Notes: generated by a model not told the origin, from the sequence alone. A stretch of DNA of 64,000 bases from the human T2T-CHM13v2.0 reference genome, Homo sapiens (GCA_009914755.4 CP068257.2:37184001-37248000), one strand, 5' to 3'. Positions 49,776-64,000 are shown, numbered from the stretch's first letter. Translations and numbers: made by a program.

Positions 49776-51811
49776 ACAGCTCTTTAATACTCCCCCAAAT
49801 TACCACCCTGTTGCCCCAACAAACATTCGCTTCTCTTTCTTCATCTTCCCAATGTTGTTTATCTGGGTCTTCAGAAAGTCAATACTATGATTATGTAAAT
49901 ATTTTCCACTGAGCCACATCAAGAAATAAGATTGCATTTCTGTCTCGTACATGTGTATGTTTTCAAGCTTATAATTACTTTGGATTTTCCCCGATGCACC
50001 TCTGGCTAATTTTCAACAGCCACAATTTACTTGTAAAACGCTTTCTCAATTCTATTTTCCGCACAGCTTATATATCAAAAAAAAAATTCAGTTCATGTTT
50101 TTCCTGGAGGAATGCCTCCGGGAAACCCTGGTCTCCCAGCTTCCACCTGGACTGATGGCTCCCTGGGTCCCCTGCATGGCTGCCAGCCTGACAATCCCTT
50201 CTGTCCTGCTCTGCTTCACTGGTTTCGCTGCTGAGACTCCTCTTTCTTGGTTTTCTCTTATCTTGGACGAGCATGTGCCCAGTAACTGCCTGAGAAAGGG
50301 TGCAGACAAGAAACGTTTCTTGAGATCTTGAGTGCTTGAAAATGCCTGTATTTCATTTTCAAAATTGATCAGTAGTTTCATAAGCCAAGAATTCCACATT
50401 AGAAATTTGTTGCCCTTCCAGAATTTTGAAGGCCCTTGTCTTCTAGCTCCCTGTGTTGCTGTTGAGAATTCTAAGGGCCTCCTGATTGCTGATATTTGCT
50501 AAGTGGCCTCTGTGTTCCTCTAGAAGCTTCTAAGGCCTTCTCTTTATCTCTGCTGCAGTGATATTCCATGATGATTTGCCTTGGCCTGAGCATCTATCAG
50601 GAGATTTATGCCACTTAGCTCTAGGGAATTTTCTTGCATTTTAAAAAATAACTTATTCTCTATATATTTTTTTCCTTTTCTCTCTTTTGGAATTCCTGTT
50701 TGTCAGGAGTTCAACTTTCTTCTCTTGTCTTTTCATCTCTCCTCTCCTATTGTTGGTTCTTCGGCCTTTTGCGGTATTTTTTTTGGCAAAAATTCTCATT
50801 GTTATCTTCTAATCCTCCTGTAGAATTTTGTTTCAGCTCTGTCCTCTTTCCTGCCCCTAATCCTGGAGCTGTGAATGTTCCTGCTAGGAGCCTGATCTTG
50901 AATCACAAGTATACAGCTCCTCTTAAGTCCTAGAAGGTTTTAATTGTGGGTTTGTCCAGAAAGTTTCCCTCTGCTCCCTGAATTGCCTGTTTTCTCTGAG
51001 ATCCTTTCTGTCTTGTCTTTAGTTTCTGTTTGTCTGTGTTAGAGGGCTTCCTGTCTGGTGATCCTTGGCTATCTATTCATAGTTAAGAGTGAGACACTAA
51101 AATATTTATCAGAAACTGGTGTGCTGGGGCAGGATTTGCCTGTGCAGTGAGAGGCGAAGTACATGTTCAGAGGAGCCCACATTGTTAGCATCTGGAGCCT
51201 GTCCTCTGGGTGATGTTGTCCTCAGAGGTCATCTGTTTTCCTGCTTGCTGGTTATAGGTTTGGCTATGGCTGCCCTGGAGCAGGGATGGGGAAGGGGCCA
51301 GAAGTCCACCATTCAGTGTGCACAATTCATATCCCCACCTCACCCTGCACTGGAGTGCCAGCTGCCTCGATTTCCCAGAGGATCACCCTCGAGTCTCTCG
51401 TGGGATCAAGGAGCTAGTGTCTGCCTGAGCAGCAGATCTAACAACCCTTGGACAGCATTCAATAACCCACCTCTTGCCAACCCCATCTCATCCCAACCTT
51501 TCAGAGGGCCTGGAGTCTGATTCCGGAGCCTCTCGGGTGGATCCTCAAGGTCTTCTGCCTGCACCTCTGACTGCAGACACTCGGTAGCCAGCTTCCTTCC
51601 CTCTGCTAAGTCACCGCCCACCCATGGCTGTGTCTGCTTTCCTCTTCAGACATAACTCACATTGTCATTCATCTTATTTAATCCCCAGTCCTGGGCTCCT
51701 CATCCTGTAAGGTTCCCTGTTTTCATGCTTTTACTGACATTTTAGGGGGGGTGGGCAGAAAAGTAATGAAAGTACATGTACCACCGGCCATGTTTAAGCC
51801 TCTTCTGCCTG

Positions 51812-52126
51812 GGCTGGGCATGGTTGTTCACGCCTGTAATCCCAGCACTTTGGGAGTCCGAGGTGAGTGGACCACCTGAGGTCAGGAGTTCAAGACCAGC
51901 CTGGCCAACATGGTGAAACCCCGTCTCTACTAAAAAATACAAAAATTAGCTGGGAGTGGTGTTGGGCGCCTTTAATCCCAGCTACTTGGGAGCCTGAGGC
52001 ATGAAAATCACTTGAACCCGGGAGGCAGAGGTTGCAGTGAGCCGAGATCAGGCCACTGTGCTCCAGCCTGGGTGACAAGAGTGAAATTCCATCACCAAAC
52101 AAACAAACAAACAAACAAACAAAAAA
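51812..52126 (+). mobile_element. Full-length Alu (sense) with (CAAA)n tail
   Basis: ggctgggcatggttgttcacgcctgtaatcccagcactttgggagtccgaggtgagtggaccacctgaggtcaggagttcaagaccagcctggccaacatggtgaaaccccgtctctactaaaaaatac...ccagcctgggtgacaagagtgaaattccatcaccaaacaaacaaacaaacaaacaaacaaaaaa. Confidence 0.92.
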
Positions 52127-53669
52127 GCCCCCCAAAAAACAAAGACTCTTCTGCCCATGCCTGTCAGATACTGAAGGAAAAACGCAAAGCACCTTCCAGG
52201 AAAGCTGAGTCACAGAGGTGCACAGAGCCAACCCAGGAGCTTCTCTTTCTCCCACAGCATGCACCCATCCCTAGCAAGTCCTGCCAGCTCTGCTCTAAAC
52301 AGGACCAGGCTCAAAGCTCATCTCTTCACCTCCTTCACTACCTTCCCTACCATTCGTCTGGGATTCCTGCAGGCACCTCTGACTAGACTGCCCTGCTGTG
52401 TCCTCTTCAGTCTACTCTCAGAAATTAGACTCAGCTGGAGAGATTCCTGTTAAAACAAAAGTCAGATAATATGACCCCTTCATTCTAAACCTTCCGACAG
52501 CTTCCCATTTCACTCATGACAATATCCTAAGGCCTTACCATGAACTGCAGAGTCAACACAATCTTTCCATATCACCTCCTACTCCTGGCCTCTTTGCTTA
52601 ATCTGCATCAGGCACACTGAACCCCTTGCCATTTCTCACACACACTGAGTGTGTTCCAGCCCCAGGGCCTTTGCACTTGCTGCTCGATCCCCAGATACTC
52701 CTATGATCATGTCTTCACTTACTTCCATGCTCAGCTGAAATGTTACCTTATCAGAGAGACCTCCATTGTTTTATCAATCCATTTGCAGCCTGAAAAAGTC
52801 TGATTGTGATTCCTGGGTTCCAAACACCTTGATCCTTCAGCTGCTGATATTACAATCAGAAATTAATACTGGTTATTGGTATTCTGACTTCTATTTGGAA
52901 TCCATGAAGATCCCTAGGCCAACACTTCTCAAGCTTTAACGTGCATGTGAACCAGAAAGATGCTAGCCAGTGCTTCTTAGACTTTTACATACAAAGGAAT
53001 CACTTTGAGAGCTTGCCAAATGCAGATTAAGACTCAGCAAGTTTGGGACTAGACCAGAGGTTTGCATCTGTAACACGCGCCCAGGTGATGTTGAGCCTGC
53101 TGCTCCCCAGCTTACCTTTTGAACGACAAAGTCTAGACCAAGGTGAGGATACTGTCCCTCTCATCCCAGACACACAAGAGAGGCTGGGCCTTCATCCCTC
53201 CCATCCCCACCTGTGGGCAAGTTACTCCATCAGCCAGAAGATGGTCAGCTCTTACAGCCTCAGAGGTCTAATGATGCAACAGCTGCAGCACCTGCTCCCT
53301 GGGTGCCCGCCTGTGGGGTGAGTCAGCGGCTGGACTGAGATGACAGCTCATGAGCATGTCTCCTGGGACTGTGCCTGTGGCCTGGGCTTGGGCCAGACTC
53401 CGTCAGCAACTAAATGCACCTGGAAGGCTCTCCTCAGCTCTGCAAATCCCACCAGCTGCCTGACCTGCTTTCCCCAAGCCCTACCACTCCTCTCGCCTAC
53501 TCTTAACTGCCTTCGTCACCCCAGTTAGGTCAAATGGCATTCTCTTCAGAATGACCTCTACCATCTGTTGAGACTCTGTTATCTGCCAGGCAGTGTTGCA
53601 GGCATTTCCCTTGCATCATTTGATTTAACTCTCATAAGTGTGCTATGGGATGACTGTTATTACCTTCTT

Positions 53670-53760
53670 TTAAGATGAGGAAATGACACTGCAGTGACTA
53701 TAACTAATTTGCTCAGGATCACAAAGCTGGGAAGTGATGGAGGTGGGATCCCAGGCTGGC
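53670..53760 (+). mobile_element. MIR SINE fragment
   Basis: ttttaagatgaggaaatgacactgcagtgactataactaatttgctcaggatcacaaagctgggaagtgatggaggtgggatcccaggctggctctctgattcc resembles the MIR core + 3' region. Confidence 0.6.
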
Positions 53761-54149
53761 TCTCTGATTCCATCTTGGGCAGGGGACATCACATCTGTGC
53801 CACCACCCTACTTGTGGTCTACCAGGCTCCACCACCTCCATTATCTTAGTGGACAGGTGGAGAAGCACCACCTCATCTTTGTGGAGGGAAATGCTGTACT
53901 TCAGCTTCCTTCATCCTAACACCCAGGGAAAAGGAAACATCCCAGTCCCATCTCAGCTAGCTTTCCTGTATTACCTAATATAAGATGGGATAATAACTGA
54001 GACTCCCAGGTGAAGGTCACAGCCCAGGGACACAGGCTCACTAAAAACCTGAAACCTAATCATTGGACTCTATATAGAATGATTCGCCTCCCCCATTTCT
54101 GCCCAGCACATCCGCAGTGCTCTTTTGTAGTAACTGGAACACAATATAA

Positions 54150-55860
54150 GCTATATGTCAGTGAGCTTGAAGATATATGAATAGAAACTTCTCAAACTGA
54201 AAGACAAAGGGAAGAAAGACTGAAAAAAAAATGGAGCACCATGTTTAAAAATGGCAGGACAATTACAAAAGGTGTAACATATATGTAATGGGAATACCAA
54301 AAAAGAAGAAAGGGAGAAAGGAACAGAAAAAAATATTTGAAGTAATAATGACTGAGAATTTTCCAAAATTAATGAGACACCAAACCACAGATTCAGGAAA
54401 CTAAAGAGAACACCAAGCAGGATGGATATTTTAAAACGTATACCTAGGTATATAGTATATATTCAAATTGCAGAAAATCAAAGATGCAGAGAAAATAATG
54501 AAAGAATTCAGAGGTGGAAAAAAAACCTACCTTACGTATGGAGGATCAAGCATAAGACTACATCAGACTTCTCCTCGAAAACCATGCAAGTAAAAAGAGA
54601 GTGTGGAGTGAAATATTTAAAGGGCTGAAAGAAAGAAAACACCACTAGCTATAGATAGAATTCTGTATCCAGTGAAATTATCCTTCAAAAGTGAATGGCA
54701 AATACTTTTGCAGAGAAAGAAAAACGGAAGGGGTTTGCTGCCAGTAGGACTTCCTTGAAAAAGAAGGGAAAATGACATAGGTGAAAAACTCAGGTCTACT
54801 AAAAGGAATGAAGAGCATTCAAGAAGAAAGAAACGAAGGCTAAAATGAATAATTTCTTTTTCATATTTTATGCTAATCTAACAGTTTATCATTTTCTTCA
54901 AGATAATAATAGTAAACATGTATTGGGTGATTATAGTTTATAAATTAGTGAAATGAATGACAAAAATGTTATAAGAGATGAGGAAAAGAATTGTGAATAC
55001 TCTGTGATAACATATTCTCACTACACATGAAGTGGTATTGTGTTATTTGAAAATGGACTTGGATCAGTTTTAAGTGTATATTGCAAAATCACAGGCAACT
55101 ACTAAAAAAATTGTAAAGAAGTATAACTGATATATAATGAAAGAGGAAATAAAATGGAATCATATAAAATTCTCAAGGAAAATCAGAAAAGGAGAAAAAA
55201 GTGTAAGAGGAAAAAGAAACAGAACAAGGGAAACACATAGAAACAGTAATAAATATGGTTGATATTATATCAAATATATTAATAATTAGTTTATATGTCA
55301 ATGTTCTAAATATGTGAATTACAAGACAGACGCTAGCTGGGTGGATTAAAAAAACCAGACCTAACTGTATGTTGTCTACAAGAAACTCACTTTAACTATA
55401 AAGACACAATTAGAATACAAGTAAAGAGATAGAGATAGATATACCATGTTAATGCTGGAATATCTGTATTTATATCAGACAATGTGGACTACAGAAAAAG
55501 TATCAGGGCAAAGGGGCAAGAAGGGCGGAGTGAGCAAGTGGAGCCAGGAGGAATTTTAGGGCAGTGGAACTCTTCTATGCTTTACTGTAATCGTGCGTGC
55601 CTGACATTATGCATTTGTCAAAACTGCTAGAACTGAACAACACATGGAGTGAACCCTCACGTAAACTATGGACTTTCATGGATAATAATGTACCAGTACT
55701 TTCATCCATTTTAGCAAACGTACTGCAACAATGCAAAATGCTGATAATAATAGGGGACACTGTGGGAGGAGTCAAGGGTCTATGTAATATCTCTGCACAA
55801 TTTTTCTTTAAACCTATCACTGCTCTAAAAAATAAAGCCCAGTTTTGTTTTGTTTTTAAA
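54150..55860 (+). mobile_element. Old L1 (L1M-type) in sense orientation: ORF1-like region, ORF2 N-terminal endonuclease region, then (after internal deletion) 3' end
   Basis: 55300-55540 translates to L1 ORF2p EN-domain-like text (..LNSPIKR.RLA.WIKKQDPTVCCLQETH...KDT.R..VK...IYHANANQKKAGVAIL.SDK.DF). 55580-55850 resembles older L1 3' ends (...catttgtcaaaactgctagaactgaacac...aaaaaataaag). The A/G-rich upstream part (54150-55250) resembles the L1 ORF1/inter-ORF region. Confidence 0.7.
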
Positions 55861-55864
55861 AAAA

Positions 55865-56362
<498 letters not shown>

Positions 56363-57129
56363 CTAATTTCATTCTGGGTAAAGGGACCATGAGCGAGTTG
56401 CTCATGGCAAAGTCCCAGAGGATGAACAAGAGGCTGTGAGTCTCGGTCTGCCAGAGGGATTCTAGGAGAGAGAAGTAGCTTAATAAGCAAAAGGTGGCAA
56501 ATATGAGCCGAAAGAAGGCCCCATCCCCTTGTAGTAGACATGCACTTCTGAAGACGGCTCAGTGGATTGGAGACTGTTCCCAGGGCCACCTTGGGAGGCA
56601 TGAGGGAAGGAGCTTGGGTCAACCTGTCATACCCAAAGCAGAGTCACCCTCACTCAGGACACTTGCTGAACAGGGACAAACCAGCTTCATAGAAAATCCA
56701 TGAAATTGTAGACTCCACCAGAAATTTTAGACTCCATCTACTTATTTCTCCTGGATTGTTACATTGAAAATCCAGGTCTCTCAGTTTAGACCTTTGGGGA
56801 GACTCTTCAGTCCTCTCCCCATCTGCTAACCTTGACCAAACACAAAGGAGAGAGGGGCTTCAGAGGAGGGTCCCTCGGACCTTGGTGGGCAGGACCCACT
56901 TTCCCTGTGCAGAAGGAAACTTGAAATCAGGAGACTGAGCCTCACCCAGGGACAGGCCCCACCGCTGTGCCCTGACAGGCCCTTGTGGACAGAAAGGGAC
57001 AGGGCGTAGCCTCACTTCGACCCTCTGGGTTTGCTGTGGGGCCAGCTGGGCCTGGTGTGGCTGAGCTCCAGAGTGCTGTCAGCCACTCCCAGTTCCCTCA
57101 TGACCTGGGCAGGGAATATAATATCACCT

Positions 57130-58110
57130 CTATCTGTGCAGTAAGCACAGCAATGTCAGGGACACTGTTTTTAGAACCTGGCTGGCTCCCCTCCCCCAGC
57201 CCAACTGATTATCTGTCCTGGTTGCCAGGCACCTGTTTGCATTAGATACAGAACACTCCGCAGGGTCCCGAGTAGGCAGTTGTGGCCCACAGGCCACTGG
57301 CAAACAGAGGCAGAGCCACAGAGGGGCTGCTCGTCCCCAAATGTCTCTCCAGCCGCTCTGAAGCTGCTGCGGGCTGCTGTGCTGGTGATGGCTGAGATCA
57401 TGAGATGAGCCCCGGGGGTCCCTGGGCATCCCTGGGAGGTCCTGGTTTGTGTTGCTGTGGTGGTCTTAGTCATTAAGAGATGACACTTTATAAAGAGGAA
57501 AAGAGCTTAGTAAAAGTGTTGTTCTCACCAGCAGGTCCATGGAGAAGGTGGAACACTGGACTAAAGAGACAGGCTGAGGAAGCCCTCAAGTCACCCCTGA
57601 TGGAGGCCAGACCTTGAATGTTACAATCCCTCTGCTTATCGACCCTTAATAAAAATCTGAGCAGGTCTTCTCTGCAGGACACAGGAGGCTTTCTGGAAAA
57701 AAAAACATGGAAAAGTGAGTCTCCTAAGCGTTCCCAAGTGATTGATGCAGGACACATCTTAAAAGGATGAAAGGAGGATGGAGGAAAACTTCAGAAGGAA
57801 ATAACACAGTTTGAATGAAAACACCTATTTTGCAGAAAGTCCGGAAGTGCTCGACCAAGAGATCGTGAGATGGGAGCAGAGAGTACAGGAAAGGAAGGAG
57901 GAGAAAGAAAGGCTGGAAACCTTTGAATGCACAAAAAAAACAGGTCATGAAAGATACCACGAGCCAACTAAAATCTCTGGCTGAAAATGTGCTGGACACC
58001 ATGCAGTTGGAAGATTTCACTAGGGACCACAGTGATGAGGGGAACTTGGAAGCAGAGCTAAAGAGGAAAGCAGAAAATGAAGAAACCACCCCCTTAAAAA
58101 TTAAGTAAAT
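57130..58110 (+). repeat. Unclassified block, copy B segment 1 (homolog of 34550-35520)
   Basis: See copy A. Copy B has degenerate coiled-coil ORF remnants at 57923..58108 (MNAQKKQVMKDTTSQLKSLAENVLDTMQLEDFTRDHSDEGNLEAELKRKAENEETTPLKIK), parallel to the copy A ORF 35155..35421. Confidence 0.55.
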
Positions 58111-58149
58111 TTTTTTAAAGTTATGTGCATACATTCTGTATATACAGAA

Positions 58150-60120
58150 AAGATATCTAAATTGTATGCACGCAGAAGGAGCATTGCCCCCACAAGGAAC
58201 AGTTCATCCTAAATGGTGCAGATGAAGAGACTTTGACAAAGGAAGTTTCCTGAGCTGTGGGCAGGGATGAGAGCTCAGACAAAATGATGGGAAGCCTCCC
58301 AGATGCCAAGGTTTCCCACCCCCAGGTTTCAAGGGAGGAGAGAGGAAGTGATGTCATCTGAGCCCAGTGAGGCCCTGTCAAGGGACCAGGGAAAACTGCC
58401 CCCACTTTTTGCTCCCATCCTCTCATTGACTGCAGGTGCACAGGCAGCTGCCTGAAAGAGGGCCTGCGAAGTGCAAGCCAGAGGAGTTGGCCTCCATGGC
58501 ACAGAGCAGGCAGAAAACAAATTTGGAGAATGACCAGCATTCTTGGGTTTATTTGACTGAAAGTGCTTGTTTTATTGCATTCACTCACATCCATTTATTT
58601 AATAAATATCCATGGAGTGTCTATCATGTCTTCTGCACTGTTCTAGGGGCTTGGGATACAGAGATGAAAAATGCCAACCCGATGAGGTCTGCAGACCACT
58701 AGAACTTACATTTTAGTGATGGGCAAGGTCAGGTAATAAAAGACAAGCAAGTGATGGGAATATGTGCTCTGCAGACATTTCCAATCCAGTGATGGGAGAA
58801 CAGGGGCTATGGGAGAGCACCCAGGAGGCAACATTTAACCTGAGATCTAAAAGTAAGAAGGAGGACCCTAGGAGGGTCAGGGGCAGAATATTGCAGGTAG
58901 AAGGTACAGGTAGGATAAGACCAGGAGAACTCTGCCTCTGGGTCCAGGGGAAGCAAAGTAAAGTGGGGTTGTGGGGAGTGTGCAGAGCCCTGTGCACAGA
59001 TGTGACATCCAGTGCAGTGTGATCACCCAGGGAAGGGTCTTACCCCTGGAGAGGTGGGGTTGCAGGGAAGGGGGCATGGAGGAATGTGTATGCCACCTTG
59101 ACCTTTTTGGTTGTGGAGAGAACGGAATAAGAATTGGGGGAGAGGCAGGATTTCAGCGAGGGGTGTCACAGGGGTCTGCTGTTGGGGTGGTCATCACAAG
59201 ATGAATCAAGGACAGATCGGGCTGTGTTTGGATGGTTGTGAGGATCAGAGAGGAGGAATGAAAGACACCCTTGGGTGCTTTCTTATAACCCTGTGATGTT
59301 TGTCACTACTTTAAGAAAGCCTTAGTAAAATCTCTGCAGGAGAGCCCCTGACAAAAAGTCAGAAAGGCTGTAGTGTATTAATTACCCCAGGGAAAGCCTG
59401 CTTTTCCCTAGCATAGAGTGTGGTGTGCCGCATGTCTCTCTTGAACTTGCATTTGGTTCCTGCACTACTCCCACAACAAGGACGGTAGGGGCGGGTACAG
59501 GTGGGGCTCCAGTGAAGGGTGGGGGTTCTCAGGTATGATGCGTTTACAGCCTGCATTGAGGCTATATGATGCCCCTCGTTTGGAGATTCCAAGAGGAATT
59601 TTAAGTTTATTCCACCAGAGTGCACCACCATTAAATAAGAAAGACTCATGAGCTATAAGTGCTCATGAATGTGGTGGGTGTACATGCTGGGGCTGTGCCT
59701 CACTCTTTAATTGTCCCAGCAGCCGGCTGTGGTGGGTAGGAAGATCAGGGCGGGCTCTCTGGAGGAGGCGGCTCCTGAGCTGAACACTGAAGGATGAGTA
59801 GGAGCTATCTCCAGTGCTTTTCAAAATTGAAGGGGCAGATGAATCACTTGGAGAGCTTGTTAGTAGGCACATTCTGATTCATCAGGCAGGGGCCTGAGAC
59901 TTGCTTTGCTCCCAGGTGATGCCTATGCTGATGAGATAAGAAAGAGGGAGGCTCTTTAGATCATTATAGGGCAGGAGTCAAGGAAAGATGAAGGGACAGG
60001 GAAGGAAAGATTTCTGGCCAGGACAAGGCACAGGCAAAGACACGAGGGTGCACACAGCTTGGTCTAGGGGAACAGGAGAGTTTGTGTTCTGGATCCAGGG
60101 ACTCAGGAGGGAGGGCAGGA
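58150..60120 (+). repeat. Unclassified block, copy B segments 2-3 (homologs of 37690-37900 and 38060-38420) with ~1.3 kb of extra intervening sequence
   Basis: Shared motifs caaggaacagttcatcctaaatggtgcagatgaagagactttgacaaaggaagtttcctgagctgtg and ctctctggaggaggcggctcctgagctgaacactgaaggatgagtaggagcta.ctccagtgcttttcaaaattgaaggggcagatgaatcacttggagagc. Confidence 0.5.
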
Positions 60121-61631
60121 CCTGGCAGCAGAACAGATCCCCAACCCACACAGATGGGCTCTTCCTGCTCATCCTCTCCAACGCCCCTATCTACCATGGG
60201 TGATCTTTAGCCTCAGAACACTTTATTTTTCTGAGGAGTACAAAGGACCACAGACTGGAAGTCACACTGGGGAAGCAGCCATGGAGAACGCACTCTGCCT
60301 AAACACAGCTTGTACAAGGAATAGCCTGAAGACAAGGTCAAAGGCTTCAAATCATGAACCAACTCACGAGCTCCGGACAAGCTCATTTGTCCCATGAGCA
60401 GGATGTCTGAGGGCTCAGTGAATCTTAGTGAACACATCAAATACAAATACACCTTATGTCTAAGAATCTGATGACAAATGAGTATTTTTATCCTCTTTGG
60501 GGTAAAATAATGTGTATTCTGCTGTGTTCTTGACTGAAGAGGTATATATATACATATAATTATATATACATATGTATACATACACACATATATATAATTG
60601 TGTGTGTGTATAGGCACATTATACAATGCAACACAACACCTATATGCTTTTTTATTTCATTCTACAAATATCCTCAGTGAACTCCAACCACCACACGAGG
60701 TACAAGGTTCAAGAAAAGATGCTACATAGGTTGCATGTACTTTTTCAAGGGTTCGAACACGCTACTTAGACTTCTATTTTTTCATTTATTCATTCAACAG
60801 AGATTTATTAAGCCCCTTCTATGTGCCAGGCACCAGGCAGATTTGGGAGATACTACTGTGAACAAGACAGACAAGGTCCTGGCTTCAAAGAGCTGAACTT
60901 GACTGAGAGGCGGGTGGTGACTGAGGCCTGGCGGATGCAGCGGCTCCCTGCCAAGATCCCTCTCCAGTTCAGTTTCCCAGGAGCCAGGGAGGGAGCTCGC
61001 CTGCTGCACAGCATCGTCAGGGAAACTTGTAATTACAGCATTTATTAGGACAGATTAGAGAGCCAAAAGAATCACATTGTTAAAGGAACAATGAAATTAA
61101 AAAAGAGGTTAAGCAAAAACCACAGGAGAAAAACCCATGCATTCGCCAGCTATTACAGGCTCACAAGATAGCAGTTACATGATTGAAATCTCCTCCTTAG
61201 CCTCTGATCTGCTTAGGCATTTTTAGCTGGAAGAGACCAATCATATCTCTAGTCTTGAGCCTGGGGCCGTCTTCTCCGGCTGTGTGTACAGTTGGGAGGC
61301 AGCTTTGCAGAGGCCAAGGGCCGTGGTTTGACCTTGGGCAAATGACTTAATCTCCAGGAGCCTCAGTTTACTTATCTGTAATAATTCCTGCCTTGCAGGC
61401 TGGCCATACGGCCATACGACTGAGAAATCATAAGTGTGTTGCGACCAGCACATACATTCTCAAAGAGAGGTAACTGCCAGTCAGTGGTAGACCAAGCCAT
61501 GTTAGAGCCTGCAGCAAAAGGCAAGTTCAGAAATACAGACCCTCTTTATTTAAAATGTTGTTATTTTGTCATCAAGGAATTTATTGCATTAATTTTGATT
61601 ATATATATAGCATTAAAACAGTATCTATCTT

Positions 61632-61720
61632 GGCTGGGCGAGGTGGCTCAGGCCTTTAATCCCAACACTTTGGGAAGCCAACGCAGGAGGATTGCTTGCA
61701 GCCGGGAATTCAAGACCAAC
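61632..61720 (+). mobile_element. Alu left-monomer fragment (FLAM-like or truncated Alu)
   Basis: ggctgggcgaggtggctcaggcctttaatcccaacactttgggaagccaacgcaggaggattgcttgcagccgggaattcaagaccaac. Confidence 0.8.
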
Positions 61721-61744
61721 ATAAGGGCTCTCATAGTCCCCTCC

Positions 61745-61900
61745 TCCCCCATGAGATAGTCATCATCATCCTCATTTTACAGGTGAGGACATGGAGGCAC
61801 CGAGACATTAAGTAACTTGAAGACCACACAGCTAAGCAGCCAGAGTTCCAATCCAGGCTACAGAAGGTCAGAGCCTGTGTTCTTAACCACCAGGAAACAC
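61745..61900 (+). mobile_element. MIR SINE (core + 3' region)
   Basis: catcctcattttacaggtgaggacatggaggcaccgagacattaagtaacttgaagaccacacagctaagcagccagagttccaatccaggctacagaaggtcagagcctgtgttcttaaccaccag vs MIR cattttacagatgaggaaactgaggctcagagaggttaagtaacttgcccaaggtcacacagctagtaagtggcagagctgggattcgaacccaggtct...gctcttaaccactatgc. Confidence 0.8.
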
Positions 61901-64000
61901 ATGGCTTTAGACTTTTACCACAGACACGTGCGCCCAATATGCAAACCAGCCGACCCACAAAAACTGCTTTGCATTTTTAAGCAGTTGCATTGAAGCTTAC
62001 AGAGTGTTCCAGTGCGCTAGGAGCCCCACTGACCCATCCCGGGCTGGCCAGGTGGGCTCTTCTCATAACTGTGTGTCTGCGGCATCTGACCCTGCTTGTA
62101 TCTTCTCCTGGAGGACTTTGAGATAAGACTTCATCTGGGGACACTGAGAGTCCAATGAATGGAGACACTAGGACACCCCCGACTGGAAAAGACAGACGGA
62201 TGTGCACACTGTCACCCTCTACCTCCTTCCACCACAGACCCAAGGTGGCACACAGGAAGGTGCACACTGCACCAAAAAACAGAAAACTGGAAATGTGAAT
62301 GCACAAGGGGTCGGGGACAAGAGGACCCAGGAGGAGGCTGGGCCAAGAGGGGGTTAGAAAGTACCCTGTGGGCCATAGGACTTCAACAGTTCACACAGTT
62401 GAGTCCCTAACTGAGGCCAAGCTGTATGGGCCAAGAACAAGGGAAACAAGATCAGGGCTGAAGCATGCCCCTTCCTTGGGAGAAACACATGTGCTTAGGG
62501 CTTGGCTTTAAAAGAGATTTTCCTTGTGAAATCCACTCAGGGGCCCCTGAGGAATGTCATGGACTGGGTCTTGATGTGACTCTTTCTTATGCCACTGCAT
62601 ATGACAAGCACTGCAGCTTCCGAGGCCCCCATGGGGAAAGCCCTGAGAGAGGGATGGAGGCTCCCCCATGGCTCCCAGCACATGGACCCTACCTCCTGGG
62701 ACACATTTCTGGTCTGTCTAATGTGATGGTGTCGCCTCTCTGTGCTGTTCACCTGCTCCACCCCAAGGGTAGGCCCTGGTTCCTGTGCATTTTGCACTCC
62801 TCCCAGCAACGCAAACCAGTGCCACAAAGGCCCTCTGTTGAACTTGCAGGGTGCAACCGGGCTCCTCAGTGGTTGGGAAGACCCTGCACTGCTGCTCTGA
62901 CCCCCCTCTGTCTACATGGAGGGACATGTTGGGGTCCATGGAGAAGTCACCAGGTGATCAAGATCTGACCTCCCCCATCCCATGTTCTTCCGTGGGAGGA
63001 TTAATCACTGCCTCTCTCTAGCTCCCCTTTCTTAGCTAATCTGGAGTCATAAAACATCTTAGTATTAGGCCACATCCACACAAGCAGCAGGTAAGTTCCC
63101 TTTTACATATAGCCTCTCCCAGGTATTCTGACGTGGGCGTCTCCCCCACCCCAGCCTACTCACAGATTTCAGCATCCACCCTGAGGGTGTCTGTGTGAAG
63201 AGCCTGTCTCCTCCTTGGCCATCCAGGGCCTAGCTGCTGTCCAGTTATTGCTGGAACCCTCATCAGTCTGGTTGAGTCACAAGGAAAAGATGTTCTGCCC
63301 CAGGCACTGGTCTGGGGACCACACATTCTCCTTCTAAGGTTGTAACATGGCAGACTCTTCACCTTCCACCCCAACCAGTGTGTCAATCAAAGGACAGGGC
63401 CACACAGGCAAGGTAGATCACAGCAGCCAGTTATTAGGAAAGAGGACTGAGGTTATAATCTCACAGGCCACTCCCACCTGGAAGATGGTGGCCTTGTTTT
63501 CAGGGTCAGGCATAGTTTACCAAAAGACATTTGGAAAAGGGCCTTGTTATTTATAGTTTTTAAGCTGTGCAAGTGAAGACACCAGGAAGAGAGCGCTAGG
63601 GTCAGAGTGGGTTGAGCTGGGGTTTTCGCTGTTGTTGTTGTTGCTGCCATTACTAGAAAAGAGACAATGCAAAAACCCAAGGCATTGCCTCAGAGCCCAG
63701 GGGTAGGGATTCTGGACTCCCTCCACAATGTTCAGGTCATTCTAAAGATGCTGAGAGTCCACGAGGAATGAGATGAAATGACAGGGCCATGAATCAATTC
63801 CCGTGGTGTTGAAAGCTTCAGGGAGGAAAGCTCCTGGCTCACAGCTGGGTTTTCTTGGGTCCTCACAGTACCGTTGCGCTGGTCTCTGTTGCTACAGCTT
63901 CTTGGTGGTGGTGATTGCAGCTCCTTGGTGGTGGCAGCTGTGCTCTCTGATCCCAAAGGACCACTATGGTTCCAGAGGAAAGAGTGGTTGGAGAACAAGA

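Overview
This window is human genomic DNA from chr21q22.2 containing the complete ETS2 gene (v-ets avian erythroblastosis virus E26 oncogene homolog 2) on the + strand, together with its promoter and about 39 kb of repeat-rich 3' flank. I identified ETS2 by reading the nine coding exons off the six-frame track and joining them at GT-AG splice sites. They assemble in phase into the 469-aa ETS2 protein, which I recognise from memory (MNDFGIKNMDQVAPVANSYRGTLK ... PNT domain ... ETS domain ... LGVQPDTED*). The layout is as follows.

- About 4.8 kb of upstream sequence.
- A TATA-less CpG-island promoter at about 4860-6600 that contains a roughly 255-bp polypyrimidine/polypurine tract.
- A non-coding exon 1 with its donor at 5914.
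- Exon 2, which starts exactly at the ATG (9837).
- Coding exons 3-10, ending at the stop codon 22644-22646.
- A 3'UTR of about 2.07 kb with tandem AATAAA signals at 24635 and 24689.
- About 39 kb of 3' intergenic DNA (24.7-64 kb) dominated by interspersed repeats: at least 12 Alu elements, several L1 fragments, MaLR/THE1 LTRs, MIRs and microsatellites. One L1 is a twin-primed (5'-inverted) insertion with target-site duplications.

I found no prokaryotic-type system, CRISPR array, or second protein-coding gene. The points most worth a second look are structural and regulatory. They are the promoter H-DNA tract, a (GGAA)n microsatellite inside an ETS-family gene, the twin-primed L1, a roughly 260-bp local duplication at about 94% identity, two colinear copies of an unclassified ~3 kb block, and a 51-bp x3 tandem triplication inside a MaLR LTR. 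All coordinates were counted by hand. Exon boundaries should be exact or within 1-2 nt. Repeat boundaries are approximate, to about 20 bp.
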